This document shows, piece after piece, positions 21,067 to 31,501 of a stretch of DNA of 41,284 nucleotides. Source of the DNA: Nitrospinota bacterium (lineage in GTDB: Bacteria; UBA8248); assembly GCA_046581755.1 (NCBI GenBank), contig JAYGFR010000057.1, forward strand, positions 1 through 41,284, in the 5' to 3' direction. A model generated the notes under the pieces. The model was not told where the DNA came from. It saw only the letters and a list, made by a program, of their open reading frames with translations, and searched no databases. The translations under genes were made by a program, and so were the position numbers. The stretch's first letter is position 1, and the number at the start of each line of letters is the position of its first letter.

Positions 21067-22314
21067 TCAAGGACGTGGCGAAAGCCACCGCATTGGCTCC
21101 AAAGGTATCGATCCTCGCCGAATTTCGAAATAAAGGGCCGGGTCGCCCAGGACACCCGTTGTCCCGACGCGCGCAATGGCCTGCCCCGGACCCACCTTTT
21201 CCCCTCGCCGGACAAGCACCTTGCCGGCGCCGCCGTAGACGGTATAAATCCCTTCGCCGTGGCGAAGAATCACCATCCGACCATACCCCCGGACCCAGTC
21301 CGAGTAAACGACCTCGCCCGGGGCCACCGATTTTACCAGGCTTCCCAATGAGGCACGGATCCGGATTCCACGGCTCCCCCTCGTTCGCCCCGCGAGGAGG
21401 ACCCGGCCCGTCACCGGCCAGGGGAGGCGGCCCTGCATTTTATCAAACAATGCGGCGTCCCGGTCTATTCGCGAATTTCTGGTCTTCATCAAGGAGACGA
21501 TTGCATCGCGCATGTCGTCCCGGTCGTTTTCGAGCTCCCGCATGAGCCGCCGGCGGCGGGCCTTGTTCTTTTCCAGGCGCCTCAACCGCCGATACCGGCG
21601 CGCATAGAACCGCGCCACCCGCCTTTTTGTCAGGGCCTGTTTGTTTTTGATTCTCTTTCGGCGGTTCACTTCCGCCGCCGCCCGGGTCTCCAGCCGCCGG
21701 AGGACCTCCTCCGCCTCGCGGTACCGGCGAATCAGCTTTTTATCGTGCCGGACCAGCCGGGCCACCAGCGACCACCGGTCGATCAGGTCCCACAACGAGC
21801 GCGACATCACGATGAGGCGAACGTTTCCGGCGCTTCCGCCCATGTAGAGAGAGCGGAGCCTGACGCGGAGATTTTGCCTCCTCCCCTCCTGCTCCCGGCG
21901 GAGTTTCCTGAATTTTCCAAGGGTCATTCGATGGCGTATTTTCGAGCGGACGAGTTTTCGATCGAGGAGCCTCAGGCGCTGATCCTCGACCGCCAGCCGG
22001 GCCGAATACCGGTCCAACTGGGAGAGGAGGGATTCGGTCCGAAGGCGGCCCTTGGCCTCGCGGTCGCGCTCGAGAGCCAGCCGGGCCTCGATTCGGCCTA
22101 GCCGCTCTTCATCCCCTTGAATTTCGTGATTCAGCACTGCGAGATCGCGCGATTCGGCCGGTGCGCCGGACTTTTTTCCGGCCGCCCCTTCGGCATTCGC
22201 CGGTCCTAAAAATCCTCCCCCGGTGGCGGACCAAACGACGAGTGCGAGGCCGGCGAAAAGGGCCGGCCCGCGGCGCGGCGCTCCGACGAGAGTTTCAGGG
22301 CTCTCCCCGATCAT
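21067..22314 (-). CDS. envC: Murein hydrolase activator EnvC (coiled coil plus degenerate M23/LytM domain)
   Basis: Signal/transmembrane segment, long coiled coil, GRLPWPV, GYGRMVIL.H, LYFEIR. The zinc-ligand His motifs are missing. Lies downstream of ftsEX. Confidence 0.85.
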   Translation of the reverse strand: MIGESPETLVGAPRRGPALFAGLALVVWSATGGGFLGPANAEGAAGKKSGAPAESRDLAVLNHEIQGDEERLGRIEARLALERDREAKGRLRTESLLSQLDRYSARLAVEDQRLRLLDRKLVRSKIRHRMTLGKFRKLRREQEGRRQNLRVRLRSLYMGGSAGNVRLIVMSRSLWDLIDRWSLVARLVRHDKKLIRRYREAEEVLRRLETRAAAEVNRRKRIKNKQALTKRRVARFYARRYRRLRRLEKNKARRRRLMRELENDRDDMRDAIVSLMKTRNSRIDRDAALFDKMQGRLPWPVTGRVLLAGRTRGSRGIRIRASLGSLVKSVAPGEVVYSDWVRGYGRMVILRHGEGIYTVYGGAGKVLVRRGEKVGPGQAIARVGTTGVLGDPALYFEIRRGSIPLEPMRWLSPRP

Positions 22315-22315
22315 T

Positions 22316-23224
22316 CTATTCCCTTTGCCTGCGAAGATAATGACTGACCGTTATCGCGCTTCCCGCCAAACCCAGCCCCGCTCCCGTCCCCACGAGCAAC
22401 AGGCTCAGCGGCCAACCCACGGGCTGAATCAGGAGGCTTCCATCCGTGTAGGTCGACAGCATCGGCAAGAAGAAGGCGTGATACACCAAGAGCAGCGCCA
22501 GATAGGCGAATACGCCCCCGAACAAGCCGCAGAGCACCCCTTCCGTCATGAAAGGGGTCCTGATGAAGCCATCGGTCGCCCCTACGATATGCATGACGGC
22601 GATGTCGTCCCTCCGCGCATAAAGGGTCATCCGGATGGTATTGGCGATGATGAAAAGAACGCCCAGCCCGAGGAGGACCGAAACCGTCCACACGGCGAGG
22701 CGAAGCAGATGAATCACGCCATCGAGCCTCCTCAGCCAGACGATGTCGTTCCGCAGGCGCTCCACGCCGGCCATTACGCGAACCTGGGCCGTGAGCGATT
22801 CGATATTCGCCACGGTCCGCCATCCGGAGCGGAGAATCACGCGGTACGAAAACGGGAGGATCGACAGGCCTAGGCCATTCAGAACGTCGGCGTCCGGCCT
22901 CAGCTGGTTCCGGAAACTCTCCAGCGCCTGAACGGCGGATCGCTCGGCGATGCGCTCAACCGCCTTGGAGCGGAGAATCATCTTCCGGACCGCTTCTTTT
23001 TGAGCGGAGGTGGCGCTGTCCTTGAAATAGACCTCTATCTGGAACCGCTCGCGCCAATTTTCGGTGAGATGAGCGACGTTGACATGGACGATCCACAGGG
23101 CACCCAAAAAAATGAGGCCGATGGTCGTCGTCAGGACAGTGAGGGCCGCTACGGCCCGGCTCTCCCGCATGTGGAGAAGGGCTTCCTTGAAAAAATAGGG
23201 AAACGACTGGGACCAGCGTCTCAC
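22316..23224 (-). CDS. ftsX: Cell division permease FtsX
   Basis: [34 protein letters not shown] and four transmembrane segments. Confidence 0.92.
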   Translation of the reverse strand: MRRWSQSFPYFFKEALLHMRESRAVAALTVLTTTIGLIFLGALWIVHVNVAHLTENWRERFQIEVYFKDSATSAQKEAVRKMILRSKAVERIAERSAVQALESFRNQLRPDADVLNGLGLSILPFSYRVILRSGWRTVANIESLTAQVRVMAGVERLRNDIVWLRRLDGVIHLLRLAVWTVSVLLGLGVLFIIANTIRMTLYARRDDIAVMHIVGATDGFIRTPFMTEGVLCGLFGGVFAYLALLLVYHAFFLPMLSTYTDGSLLIQPVGWPLSLLLVGTGAGLGLAGSAITVSHYLRRQRE

Positions 23225-23227
23225 GGA

Positions 23228-23884
23228 TCAGCCTCGAACGACCTGGCCGAATTCGAGGCGAATGGTCCGGGAGGCGATATACTCGATGACCGAACGGTCG
23301 TGCGTGGCCACCACCACCGTCGTTGCCATCCGGTTGACGGAGGCGAAGATATCCATGACTTCCCGCGCCATCTCCGGGTCCAGATTGCCCGTCGGCTCGT
23401 CGGCGATGAGGAGGGGGGGGCGGTTCACCAAGGCCCGCGCGATGGCGACCCGCTGCTGCTCGCCGCCCGAGAGAAAACGCGGCAGAAGGTCGCGCTTTTC
23501 GGCCAGCTTCACCAGCTTGAGAACGGCGTACACCCGGCGGCTCGCCTCGCGCGCCGGTACGCCGATGGCCCGCTGGCAAAAGGCGATATTCTCGAAAACC
23601 GTCCGCCGGGGGAGGAGCTTGAAATCCTGGAACACGACACCGATCCCCCGGCGGAGATGGGAAAGCTCCTTCCGGCGGAGACGGGTAATGTTGCGGCCCG
23701 CAATGAAGACCTGGCCGCGGTCCGAGACCTCGGCGCCATAGAGAAGGGAAAGCAGCGTGGTTTTTCCGGCGCCGCTCGGACCTGTGATAAAGACGAATTC
23801 GCCCCGTTGGACGTGGAGATCGATTTTCTGGAGGACGAAGCGGCCGTCGTCGTAGCGCTTGCAGACACCGGCCAAGCGGACCAT
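23228..23884 (-). CDS. ftsE: Cell division ATP-binding protein FtsE
   Basis: [49 protein letters not shown]. Start could extend to 23968. Confidence 0.93.
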   Translation of the reverse strand: MVRLAGVCKRYDDGRFVLQKIDLHVQRGEFVFITGPSGAGKTTLLSLLYGAEVSDRGQVFIAGRNITRLRRKELSHLRRGIGVVFQDFKLLPRRTVFENIAFCQRAIGVPAREASRRVYAVLKLVKLAEKRDLLPRFLSGGEQQRVAIARALVNRPPLLIADEPTGNLDPEMAREVMDIFASVNRMATTVVVATHDRSVIEYIASRTIRLEFGQVVRG

Positions 23885-24188
23885 GTCCGGATGGGCTTCC
23901 GGAGCCGCGCCGGATTTCCGGGCAGCCGGGGCCGGTGTCTTCGAGGTTGCATGCGTTTGCAATTCCAACGGCTCCTGGAAGGGCGGGCCATCTCGGCGGA
24001 GGAAACCCGGCGGAGGGAACCCGGCGCCGGCCGCCGAACCCCGCGGCCAAATCCAGTATACCCTAACTATTTGCTTTTAATGAGAATAAGGCAAGAGGCC
24101 CTGAACCCTATCTGGGGCGGATTCCAGCGGCCCGGCCATTCGATGATGGGCCATCCGCCGCGGCCGGGCCGGATGAAGCCGCGCGCGC

Positions 24189-26288
24189 TTATATTCCGGC
24201 CAATTTTTTTGCGCGGGCGGCGATGTTCTCGGCCGTGAAGCCAAACTTCTCGAAATTGACTTCGGCGGGAGCGCTCGCGCCGAATCCGGTCATCGCAAGG
24301 ATATCGCCCGTCTCTCCCACCCACTCGAGCCATCCCTGGGCCGCGCCGGCCTCCACGGCCAGGCGGGCCTTCGAGCCGGGCGGCAACACCTCATCGCGGT
24401 AGCTTTGGGACTGCGCCCTGAATAGGTCCCAGCTCGGCATGCTGACCACCCGGGCATCCACCCCATCGGCCGCGAGCGCCTCTTTCGCCTCCAGGCACAA
24501 CGACACTTCCGATCCGGTCCCGATCAGAATGACATCCGGGGCCGCTCCCCCCTCTTTCGAAAGAACATAGGCGCCTTTCCGTACGCCTTCGGCGCCGCCC
24601 AATTTATCCTGGTCGAAGACCGGAAGCCCCTGCCGCGTCAGGACGAGCATGGTCGGGCCGTCCCGGCGCTCGATGGCCGCCCGCCAGGCAAACGCCACCT
24701 CGTTTGCATCTCCTGGGCGAATGAGCGAGAGGTTGGGCATCACGCGCAGGGCCGCCAGGTGTTCGATGGGCTGGTGGGTCGGGCCGTCCTGGCCCAGGCC
24801 GATGGAATCGTGGGTCATCAAATAGATGACCGGGAGCCCCATCAAAGCGGCCAGCCGGATGGCGGGCCGGGCATAGTCGGTGAACACGAAAAACGTTGCC
24901 ACATACGGGCGCACCCCGCCGTGGAGGGCCATCCCCGAGGAGGAGGCGCACATCGCATGTTCCCGGATGCCCCAGTGCATGTTCCGGCCCTCGAAATGCC
25001 CCTTTTTGAAATCGCTGGAATCGCCGATCAGGGAGTTGTTCGATCCCGCCAGGTCGGCGCTGCCGCCCTGAAGCCAGGGGATGCGGCCCGCGATACTATT
25101 GAGCACTTTTCCCGAGGCCGCCCGCGACGCCAGCGCGCCGCCCCCGGGAGCGAATACCGGAATATCCACATCCCATCCGAGGGGCGGTTCTCCATCCAGG
25201 GCGGCGTCAAACTGCCGTGCCAGGTCCGGATGGGCGGCCCGGTGGGCCGCGATCCGATCGTTCCAGGCCGCCTCGGCTTTCATCCCGCGATCCACCGCCT
25301 GGCCCATGTGGGCGGAAACTTCCTCGGGGACCAGAAATTTTTCGTTCTCGGGCCAGCCGTAACTTTTTTTCGCTCGCGCAATCTCCTCCTCGCCCAGCGG
25401 AGCGCCGTGGGCGAAGGCCGTGTCCTGAAATTTCGGGGATCCGAACCCGATATGGGAGCGAACGATGACGAGGGAGGGGCGTCCACCCTCCTCGCGGGCC
25501 TGAATGAAGGAGGACTCCAGGGCGTCCAGATCGTTCGCCCGGTCGCCGATGTCCTGGACATGCCATCCGTAGCTTTCAAACCTTTTCGCTACATCGTCCG
25601 AGCAGGCCAAATCCGTCGAACCCTCGATGGTGATGTGGTTGTCGTCGAACAGGACGATGAGCTTCCCGAGGCCGAGGTGGCCGGCAAGCGAGGCGGCCTC
25701 GTGGGAAGCGCCCTCCATGAGGTCGCCGTCGCTGGCGAAAACATAGGTGTGGTGATCCACCACTTCGTGACCCTCGCGGTTAAAGACGGCGGCGAGGTGG
25801 GCCTCGGCGATGGCCATTCCCACCGCGTTCATCAGGCCCTGTCCCAGGGGACCGGTCGTTGTCTCCACCCCGGGCGTCAGGCCGTACTCGGGGTGGCCGG
25901 GCGTCTTGCTCCCCCACTGGCGAAATTGAACGAGGTCATCGAGAGAAAGGCCGTAGCCGCTCAAATGGAGCGCCGCGTAGAGAAGCATGGAGGCATGGCC
26001 GCACGAAAGCACGAAGCGGTCCCGGTCGAACCAGTCGGGGTTGCGGGGGTTGAAGCGCATGACCCTGGAGAAAAGGACATAGGCCGCGGGCGCCAGCGCC
26101 ATCGGGGCGCCCGGATGTCCGGAATTCGCCTTCTGGACCGCATCCATCGAAAGCGTGCGGATGGTGTTGACGCAAAGCTCGTCCAGGGCCGATCCGTTCA
26201 AAATGCCGGATGGCCCCGCACTTTCCACATCCGATTTCAAACCTGGGGACATACCGATTGCACTTTCTGCAGGAGATAATTTTGTCAA
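24189..26288 (-). CDS. tkt: Transketolase
   Basis: [56 protein letters not shown]. The exact start is uncertain. Confidence 0.97.
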   Translation of the reverse strand: MTKLSPAESAIGMSPGLKSDVESAGPSGILNGSALDELCVNTIRTLSMDAVQKANSGHPGAPMALAPAAYVLFSRVMRFNPRNPDWFDRDRFVLSCGHASMLLYAALHLSGYGLSLDDLVQFRQWGSKTPGHPEYGLTPGVETTTGPLGQGLMNAVGMAIAEAHLAAVFNREGHEVVDHHTYVFASDGDLMEGASHEAASLAGHLGLGKLIVLFDDNHITIEGSTDLACSDDVAKRFESYGWHVQDIGDRANDLDALESSFIQAREEGGRPSLVIVRSHIGFGSPKFQDTAFAHGAPLGEEEIARAKKSYGWPENEKFLVPEEVSAHMGQAVDRGMKAEAAWNDRIAAHRAAHPDLARQFDAALDGEPPLGWDVDIPVFAPGGGALASRAASGKVLNSIAGRIPWLQGGSADLAGSNNSLIGDSSDFKKGHFEGRNMHWGIREHAMCASSSGMALHGGVRPYVATFFVFTDYARPAIRLAALMGLPVIYLMTHDSIGLGQDGPTHQPIEHLAALRVMPNLSLIRPGDANEVAFAWRAAIERRDGPTMLVLTRQGLPVFDQDKLGGAEGVRKGAYVLSKEGGAAPDVILIGTGSEVSLCLEAKEALAADGVDARVVSMPSWDLFRAQSQSYRDEVLPPGSKARLAVEAGAAQGWLEWVGETGDILAMTGFGASAPAEVNFEKFGFTAENIAARAKKLAGI

Positions 26289-26369
26289 TGAATAAAAGCG
26301 CTAGCTGCCGAGAACAGATCCGTCCGGCCGGGCGCAGGCCAATAAAACAAGGACGGGTTGAGCCACCGA

Positions 26370-29207
26370 TCAAACCGACTCGTCCGGGGCCTCCCCCTGC
26401 GGAAACGCGGACAGACGGGCCTTCCGCCGCTCAATCGTCTTGAGCCATCCCTCCAGGGATTTCACGACCTCGCTGGAATGCATCGGAGAGGATGACACCG
26501 CTTCTTCCATAACTCCATCGGAGGGCTGGAGCAAGTCTCCTTCCCCGCTTTCGGAGATTCGGGCTTCGAGCTCCTGGATTTGCAAACCCAGCCAGACCGA
26601 ATCCGGGTCCGCCACCTCCGCCTTCTGGCATACGTCCAGCGCCCGGGCAAAATTTTCTTCCAGAACATATATTTCGATAATACCCCGCAACATCTCCTCG
26701 GCGGGATTCGCCGTCCGAGCATCCGGCGCCCCGTTTTGGGCATCTCCGGCCGCTTCAGAGACACCCGCCGCAGCCGGTGGTCCGGACGTCTCCACAGGCT
26801 CTTGTCCAGGCTCTTCTCCCGCCGCCCCCTCGGGCAAGGACGGGGAAACCTCCGCCGGGCCGTCTTCCTCTTCCTCGAAAACGACTGATTCGAGAAATAA
26901 ATCCACCCCGGAGGTGACCGCTTCCGCTTCTTCAGCCGGCTCCGCCCCGACTTCCGCCAAAGAAGCATCCGCTTCTGGAGCTTCCGCCGCCGGGGGGGAC
27001 ACTCCCAACTCCTCTTCAAACAAGGCGTCCAGGTCGCCGCCATCCCCGCCCATTGCGTCTACCGCGTCCACCGCCGGCAAATCAACCCCGGCATCTTCCT
27101 CATCCGCCACAGGAGCTTCCACTTCTGGAGCTTCCGCCACCGGGGGGGGCACTCCCAACTCCTCTTCAAACATGGCGTCCAGGTCGCCGTCATCCCTGCC
27201 CGATGCGTCTACCGCATCCACCGCATCCGCCGCCGGCAAATCAACTCCGGCATCTTCCTCATCCGCCACAGAGGCATCCGCCTCTGGAGCTTCCGCCGCC
27301 GGGGGGGGCACTCCCAACTCCTCTTCAAACATGGCGTCCAGGTCGCCGCCATCCCCGCCCAATGCGTCCGCCGCGTCCGCCCCCGGCAAATCAACCCCGG
27401 CATCTTCCTCGTCCGCCACAGAGGCATCCGCCTCTGGAGCTTCCGCCGCCGGGGGGGACTCCCCCAACTCCTCTTCAAACAAGGCGTCCAGGTCGCCGCC
27501 ATCCCCGCCCAATGCGTCTACCGCCTCCACCGCGTCCGCCGCCGGCAAATCAACCCCGGCATCTTCCCCATCCACCACAGAGGCATCCGCCTCTGGAGCT
27601 TCCGCCGCCGGGGGGGATTCTCCCAACTCCTCAGCAAACATGGCGTCCAGGCCATCCGGGTCCGGAACCGCTGCGGTATCCACGGTATCCACGGTATCTT
27701 CGGCAACGGGTGCTTCCGCCGCCGGGGTTTCCACCGCGGAGGCCGGGCTTTCGGAGAGATCCTCAAAAAGGGAATCCAGATCTTCGAAGGCCCCGCCCTC
27801 ACCGGCGGGCGCTTCCTCTAGGCCCTCTTCGGAAACCGCTTCCGCCGCCCCGGGCTCGCCTTCCGCATCAACCACCGCAGGAGCTTCCGCCGCCGGGGGG
27901 GGCTCTCCCATGGCTTGGGCAAGCATGGCGTCCAGCTCATCCCCATCCCCGGCCGGTTCGGCCACTTCATCCGAGGGCGGAGTTTCCTCCTCGGCATCCG
28001 CTGTTGAAATTCCCGCCTCAGGGGCAACGGTCTTTTCCGGCTCGTCCGCGAAAAGTGCGTCGAGATCGTCCATATCTCCGCCGCCCGAATCGGCGGCCTG
28101 ATCCGCAGCCGGGGTTTCTGCCGCCGGGGCCGTAGCGGGGGGAGACGCCGGCTCGTCCGCGAAAAGTGCGTCAAGATCGTCCAAATCTCCGCCGCCCGAA
28201 TCGGCGGCCTGATCCGCAGCCGGGGCTTTTGCCGCAGGGGCCACAGCGGGGGGAGACGCCGGCTCGTCCGCGAAAAGTGCGTCCAGGTCATCGACTTCTC
28301 CGCCGCCCGAATCGGCGGCCTGATCCGCAGCCGGGGCTTCTGCCGCGGGGGCCGCAGCGGGAGCCGTCTCCTCCGGCTCGTCCCCGAAAAGTGCGTCCAG
28401 GTCATCGACTTCTCCGCCCGCCTCCGGTTCCGCCGCGCTGGCCGGTTCGGCCGCTTCTGGAGCGAGAGCTTCGGCCCCGGTATCTCCGCCTGCCTCATCC
28501 AGGATCGAATCGAAATCCTCGATTTCGGACGCATCGCCGGATTCCACGGCCCCGGCGGGCGCTTCCCCGACTTGGCCAATCTGTTCCCGAAGGTCGGTGA
28601 TTTTTTCGAGGTAATCCATGTTCGCCGGATCTTCCTCGGCGAGGCTTTGGTAGACTTCGAGCGCCTTATCCGGGTGTCCCTGCGATATATAGAGTTCGGC
28701 GAGGGAGGGAGTGGGCACGGCATCGCCCGTCTCCTCCAGCGGGGCCTCATCCGCAAGAGCCGCCCCGGAAGCGGCGGAGGCCGCCCCAGGCGCTCCAAAG
28801 GTCCCTTCGAGAGCGGCGGCGGCCGCCTCGTCCTGGATATCGAACATTCCGATGGCCACCTGGGCCCGGCGAGCTCCCGCCTCATCGCCCAACTTTCGGC
28901 AACAATCCAAGAGAAGCCGCTGGGCGGCGAGGTTCCACGGTACGCGGGCAATGGCTTTTTCCAACTCACCGGCCGCATCGCTCACCTGCTCTTTCGCCAG
29001 ATAGATTTCGCCGAGAAGAACGCGGGGAGCCGCATAGGCCGAGTGATGCTGAAGCCCACCCGTGAGCAGGCCGATGGCCTTGTCGGCCTCTCCCTTTTCC
29101 CAGATCAGGCTGGCGAGCGGAAAAAACGCGGGAGAAACAGGGTCGTCCTCGAGAACGGCCTCGAGGACCTGAATTCTGGATTCTGGATCTCTGGGTCGAG
29201 AAGCCAT
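26370..29207 (-). CDS. TPR-containing protein with a long acidic Ala/Pro-rich repeat region
   Basis: N-terminal TPR-like helices (AFFPLASL...RVLLGEIYL; PSLAELYISQG), about 550 aa of D/E/A/P-rich sequence with recurring DLDALF, and C-terminal helices (LEGWLKTIERRK). No signal peptide or transmembrane segment seen. Confidence 0.85.
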   Translation of the reverse strand: MASRPRDPESRIQVLEAVLEDDPVSPAFFPLASLIWEKGEADKAIGLLTGGLQHHSAYAAPRVLLGEIYLAKEQVSDAAGELEKAIARVPWNLAAQRLLLDCCRKLGDEAGARRAQVAIGMFDIQDEAAAAALEGTFGAPGAASAASGAALADEAPLEETGDAVPTPSLAELYISQGHPDKALEVYQSLAEEDPANMDYLEKITDLREQIGQVGEAPAGAVESGDASEIEDFDSILDEAGGDTGAEALAPEAAEPASAAEPEAGGEVDDLDALFGDEPEETAPAAAPAAEAPAADQAADSGGGEVDDLDALFADEPASPPAVAPAAKAPAADQAADSGGGDLDDLDALFADEPASPPATAPAAETPAADQAADSGGGDMDDLDALFADEPEKTVAPEAGISTADAEEETPPSDEVAEPAGDGDELDAMLAQAMGEPPPAAEAPAVVDAEGEPGAAEAVSEEGLEEAPAGEGGAFEDLDSLFEDLSESPASAVETPAAEAPVAEDTVDTVDTAAVPDPDGLDAMFAEELGESPPAAEAPEADASVVDGEDAGVDLPAADAVEAVDALGGDGGDLDALFEEELGESPPAAEAPEADASVADEEDAGVDLPGADAADALGGDGGDLDAMFEEELGVPPPAAEAPEADASVADEEDAGVDLPAADAVDAVDASGRDDGDLDAMFEEELGVPPPVAEAPEVEAPVADEEDAGVDLPAVDAVDAMGGDGGDLDALFEEELGVSPPAAEAPEADASLAEVGAEPAEEAEAVTSGVDLFLESVVFEEEEDGPAEVSPSLPEGAAGEEPGQEPVETSGPPAAAGVSEAAGDAQNGAPDARTANPAEEMLRGIIEIYVLEENFARALDVCQKAEVADPDSVWLGLQIQELEARISESGEGDLLQPSDGVMEEAVSSSPMHSSEVVKSLEGWLKTIERRKARLSAFPQGEAPDESV
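26960..27660. repeat. Intragenic tandem repeat family 1 (5 units, alternating 150/159 bp)
   Basis: The anchor CTCCCAACTCCTC (or a one-base variant) recurs at 27002, 27152, 27311, 27461 and 27620. Confidence 0.9.
28039..28420. repeat. Intragenic tandem repeat family 2 (about 3.5 units of 111-114 bp)
   Basis: The anchor GGCTCGTCC(G/C)CGAAAAGTGCGTC recurs at 28039, 28150, 28261 and 28375. Confidence 0.9.
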
Positions 29208-29294
29208 GGGACTCCGCCGGATCGAAGCGGAACTTCACCGAAAAGGGCAGACCGACGAACTCACTTTGCCCCGGCAGGACTTAAATATCAACCC

Positions 29295-29324
29295 TTTACC
29301 CCTTTGAACCCGCGACCGTATACT
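29295..29324 (+). promoter_or_regulatory. Putative sigma70 promoter of hyuAB
   Basis: TTTACC-18 nt-TATACT in the AT-rich divergent intergenic region. Confidence 0.4.
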
Positions 29325-29369
29325 CCCCGGAATCATTTCACCGGAACCTCTCGGGAGAAACGCTCACAC

Positions 29370-31499
29370 ATGTTTCAGATTGGCATCGACGCCGGAGGCA
29401 CCTTCACGGATTTTTGGGTGACCGGGGCGGACCCCGGCAGCGGCTCTTCCATCGAGGGGTTGATGCACAAAATCCCTTCCACACCGGGGGACCCGGCCCG
29501 GGCCGTCATTCAGGGCATCGGGGAAATCGCCTCCTCCCGGGGGCTTTCCGCCGGAGATTTCCTGAAGGAGACCGGGCTCATCGTTCACGGAACCACCGTG
29601 GCGACCAACGCCGTGCTCACCGGAAACGGAGCCAAGGCCGGCCTCATCACCACGCAGGGCTTCCGAGACATTCTCCAGATGCGGCGGGGATGGAGGGAGG
29701 AGTTTTTCAACAACAAGAGGCCACTCCCGGCGCCCCTCATCCGCCGGGCCCTGCGGCGAACGGTGGCGGGCCGGCTGGACGAAACCGGCGCCGAACTCGA
29801 ACCCCTCGACGAGGCGGGCGTCCGCGAGGAGGCCCTTCGCCTCAAGGCCGAGGGCGTGGAGTCGGTCGTCCTCTGCTTTATTCACGCCTGGGCCAATTCC
29901 GATCACGAAAGACGGGCGGCGGAGATTGTCCACGAGGTTTTCCCCGAGGCGTTCCTGACCGTCTCCTCCGAACTCCTTCCGCAAATCAGGCTCTACGAAC
30001 GCGTGAGCACCTGTGCCTTCAACGCCTACGTCGGGCCCATCATTCAAAAATATCTAGAAAAGCTGGACACCTCGCTCCGGGAGGCCGGTTTCGCGGGCGC
30101 CCTGCTCATCATGGGATCGCACGGCGGGGTGATGACGGCCCCGGTGGCCGCGCGCCGGGCGGCTTCATCCCTCCTCTCGGGCCCCGCCGCCGCCCCGGTC
30201 GCGGCATCCCGGGCGGCCGCCCCCTACGGAATCACGGACTACATCGTCACTGACATGGGCGGGACGAGCTACGATGTGGCGCTCATCCAGGGCGGCGAGC
30301 CCCTGGTCACCCAGGAAAACTGGCTCGGCGGCAGGCGCATCGCTCTCCCCTCGCTCGACATCCACACGCTGGGCGCGGGGGGAGGGAGCATCGCCTGGTG
30401 CGACCAGGGGGGGATCCTCCACGTCGGCCCCCGGAGCGCGGGGGCGAATCCCGGCCCCGCCTGCTACGGCCAGGGGGGGGAAGAGCCCACTGCCACGGAC
30501 GCCTGCCTGGTGCTCGGCTACCTGGACCCGGACTATTTCCTGGGAGGAAAACTCCGCCTCCGCCGCCGGGAAGCCGAAGAGGCGATTCGGCGCGCCGTGG
30601 CCGAGCCGATGGGCCTGTCGGTGGAAGAAGCGGCTCTTGGCATCTACGAGGTCATCTGCACTCAGATGGCGGCCGGAATCCGGGAGGTCACCGTCCGCAG
30701 GGGGCTCGATCCGCGCGATTTTCTCATGCTCGCCGCGGGCGGGGCGGGGCCGCTTCACGCCGGAACCATCGCGCGCGATCTGGATATTCCCCTGGTCATG
30801 GTCCCGGGAGATTCCGCCGTATTTTGCGCCGCCGGAATGCTGATCTCCGATCTCAAGCACGACCTCGCCGTGAGCTGGCGCGCGGGGGCCTCGGACCTCG
30901 ACCCGCGCGAACTCTCGGCGCGCTTTCGGACGCTTCGAGAGGAGTGCCGCGCGATTTTGGCCGAGCAGCGCGTCCCCGGGGATCGGATGGCCTTCGAGCC
31001 GGCGGTGGATATGCGCTACATCGGCCAGCATCACGAAGTCACCGTTCCCCTTCCGTCCGGGTCCATCGATGCCCCCGACATCGGGGATATTCTCGGACGG
31101 TTTCATGCGTGCCACGACGCCCTCTACGGGTACGCCACCGAAGAGATGCCCGCCGAATGCATCACCCTCCGGATGAGCGGACGGGGGCGAACGGAACGGA
31201 CGGCCGTCTCCCCTCCGCCCATCGGCGTCGCGCTCCCCCCGTCACCGCCCCGTGCGAAGCGGCGGATATGGTTGCCCGGCACGCCGGAACCCGTTCAAGC
31301 GGATATATACCGGGGAGAGGCGCTGGTGCCGGGCATGACGATCGCAGGACCCGCCCTCGTCGAGCGGCCGAACACGACCATCCTTGTGCCGGGAGATCAT
31401 GAACTCGCCCGTGGCGCATTCGGCCACAGCTTCATCTGGCCGGCAGCCCGGGCGGATGAAATGCGCGCCAGATTCATGCCGACCGGGGAGGCCACCTGA
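29370..31499 (+). CDS. hyuA: Hydantoinase A / 5-oxoprolinase family, ATP-binding subunit
   Basis: IGIDAGGTFTD, HGTTVATNA, GLITTQGFRD, SGPAA, DMGGTSYD, GAGGGSIA, VGPRSAGANPGPACYG, DMRY.GQ. Start reset to ATG 29370. Confidence 0.92.
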   Translation: MFQIGIDAGGTFTDFWVTGADPGSGSSIEGLMHKIPSTPGDPARAVIQGIGEIASSRGLSAGDFLKETGLIVHGTTVATNAVLTGNGAKAGLITTQGFRDILQMRRGWREEFFNNKRPLPAPLIRRALRRTVAGRLDETGAELEPLDEAGVREEALRLKAEGVESVVLCFIHAWANSDHERRAAEIVHEVFPEAFLTVSSELLPQIRLYERVSTCAFNAYVGPIIQKYLEKLDTSLREAGFAGALLIMGSHGGVMTAPVAARRAASSLLSGPAAAPVAASRAAAPYGITDYIVTDMGGTSYDVALIQGGEPLVTQENWLGGRRIALPSLDIHTLGAGGGSIAWCDQGGILHVGPRSAGANPGPACYGQGGEEPTATDACLVLGYLDPDYFLGGKLRLRRREAEEAIRRAVAEPMGLSVEEAALGIYEVICTQMAAGIREVTVRRGLDPRDFLMLAAGGAGPLHAGTIARDLDIPLVMVPGDSAVFCAAGMLISDLKHDLAVSWRAGASDLDPRELSARFRTLREECRAILAEQRVPGDRMAFEPAVDMRYIGQHHEVTVPLPSGSIDAPDIGDILGRFHACHDALYGYATEEMPAECITLRMSGRGRTERTAVSPPPIGVALPPSPPRAKRRIWLPGTPEPVQADIYRGEALVPGMTIAGPALVERPNTTILVPGDHELARGAFGHSFIWPAARADEMRARFMPTGEAT

Positions 31500-31501
31500 A
31501 T

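Noticed and set aside
26440..28101. 553-aa Ser/Ala-rich plus-strand ORF
   Set aside because: It is the antisense shadow of the acidic repeat protein, which has recognisable TPR-like ends.
26960..28420. CRISPR array
   Set aside because: The units are 111-159 bp, in frame, lack unique spacers, lie inside a CDS, and there are no cas genes.
28572..29369. N-terminal extension of hyuA (975-aa ORF)
   Set aside because: It overlaps the opposite-strand TPR gene. The family N-terminus (IGIDAGGTFTD) starts at ATG 29370, after an RBS and a promoter-like sequence.
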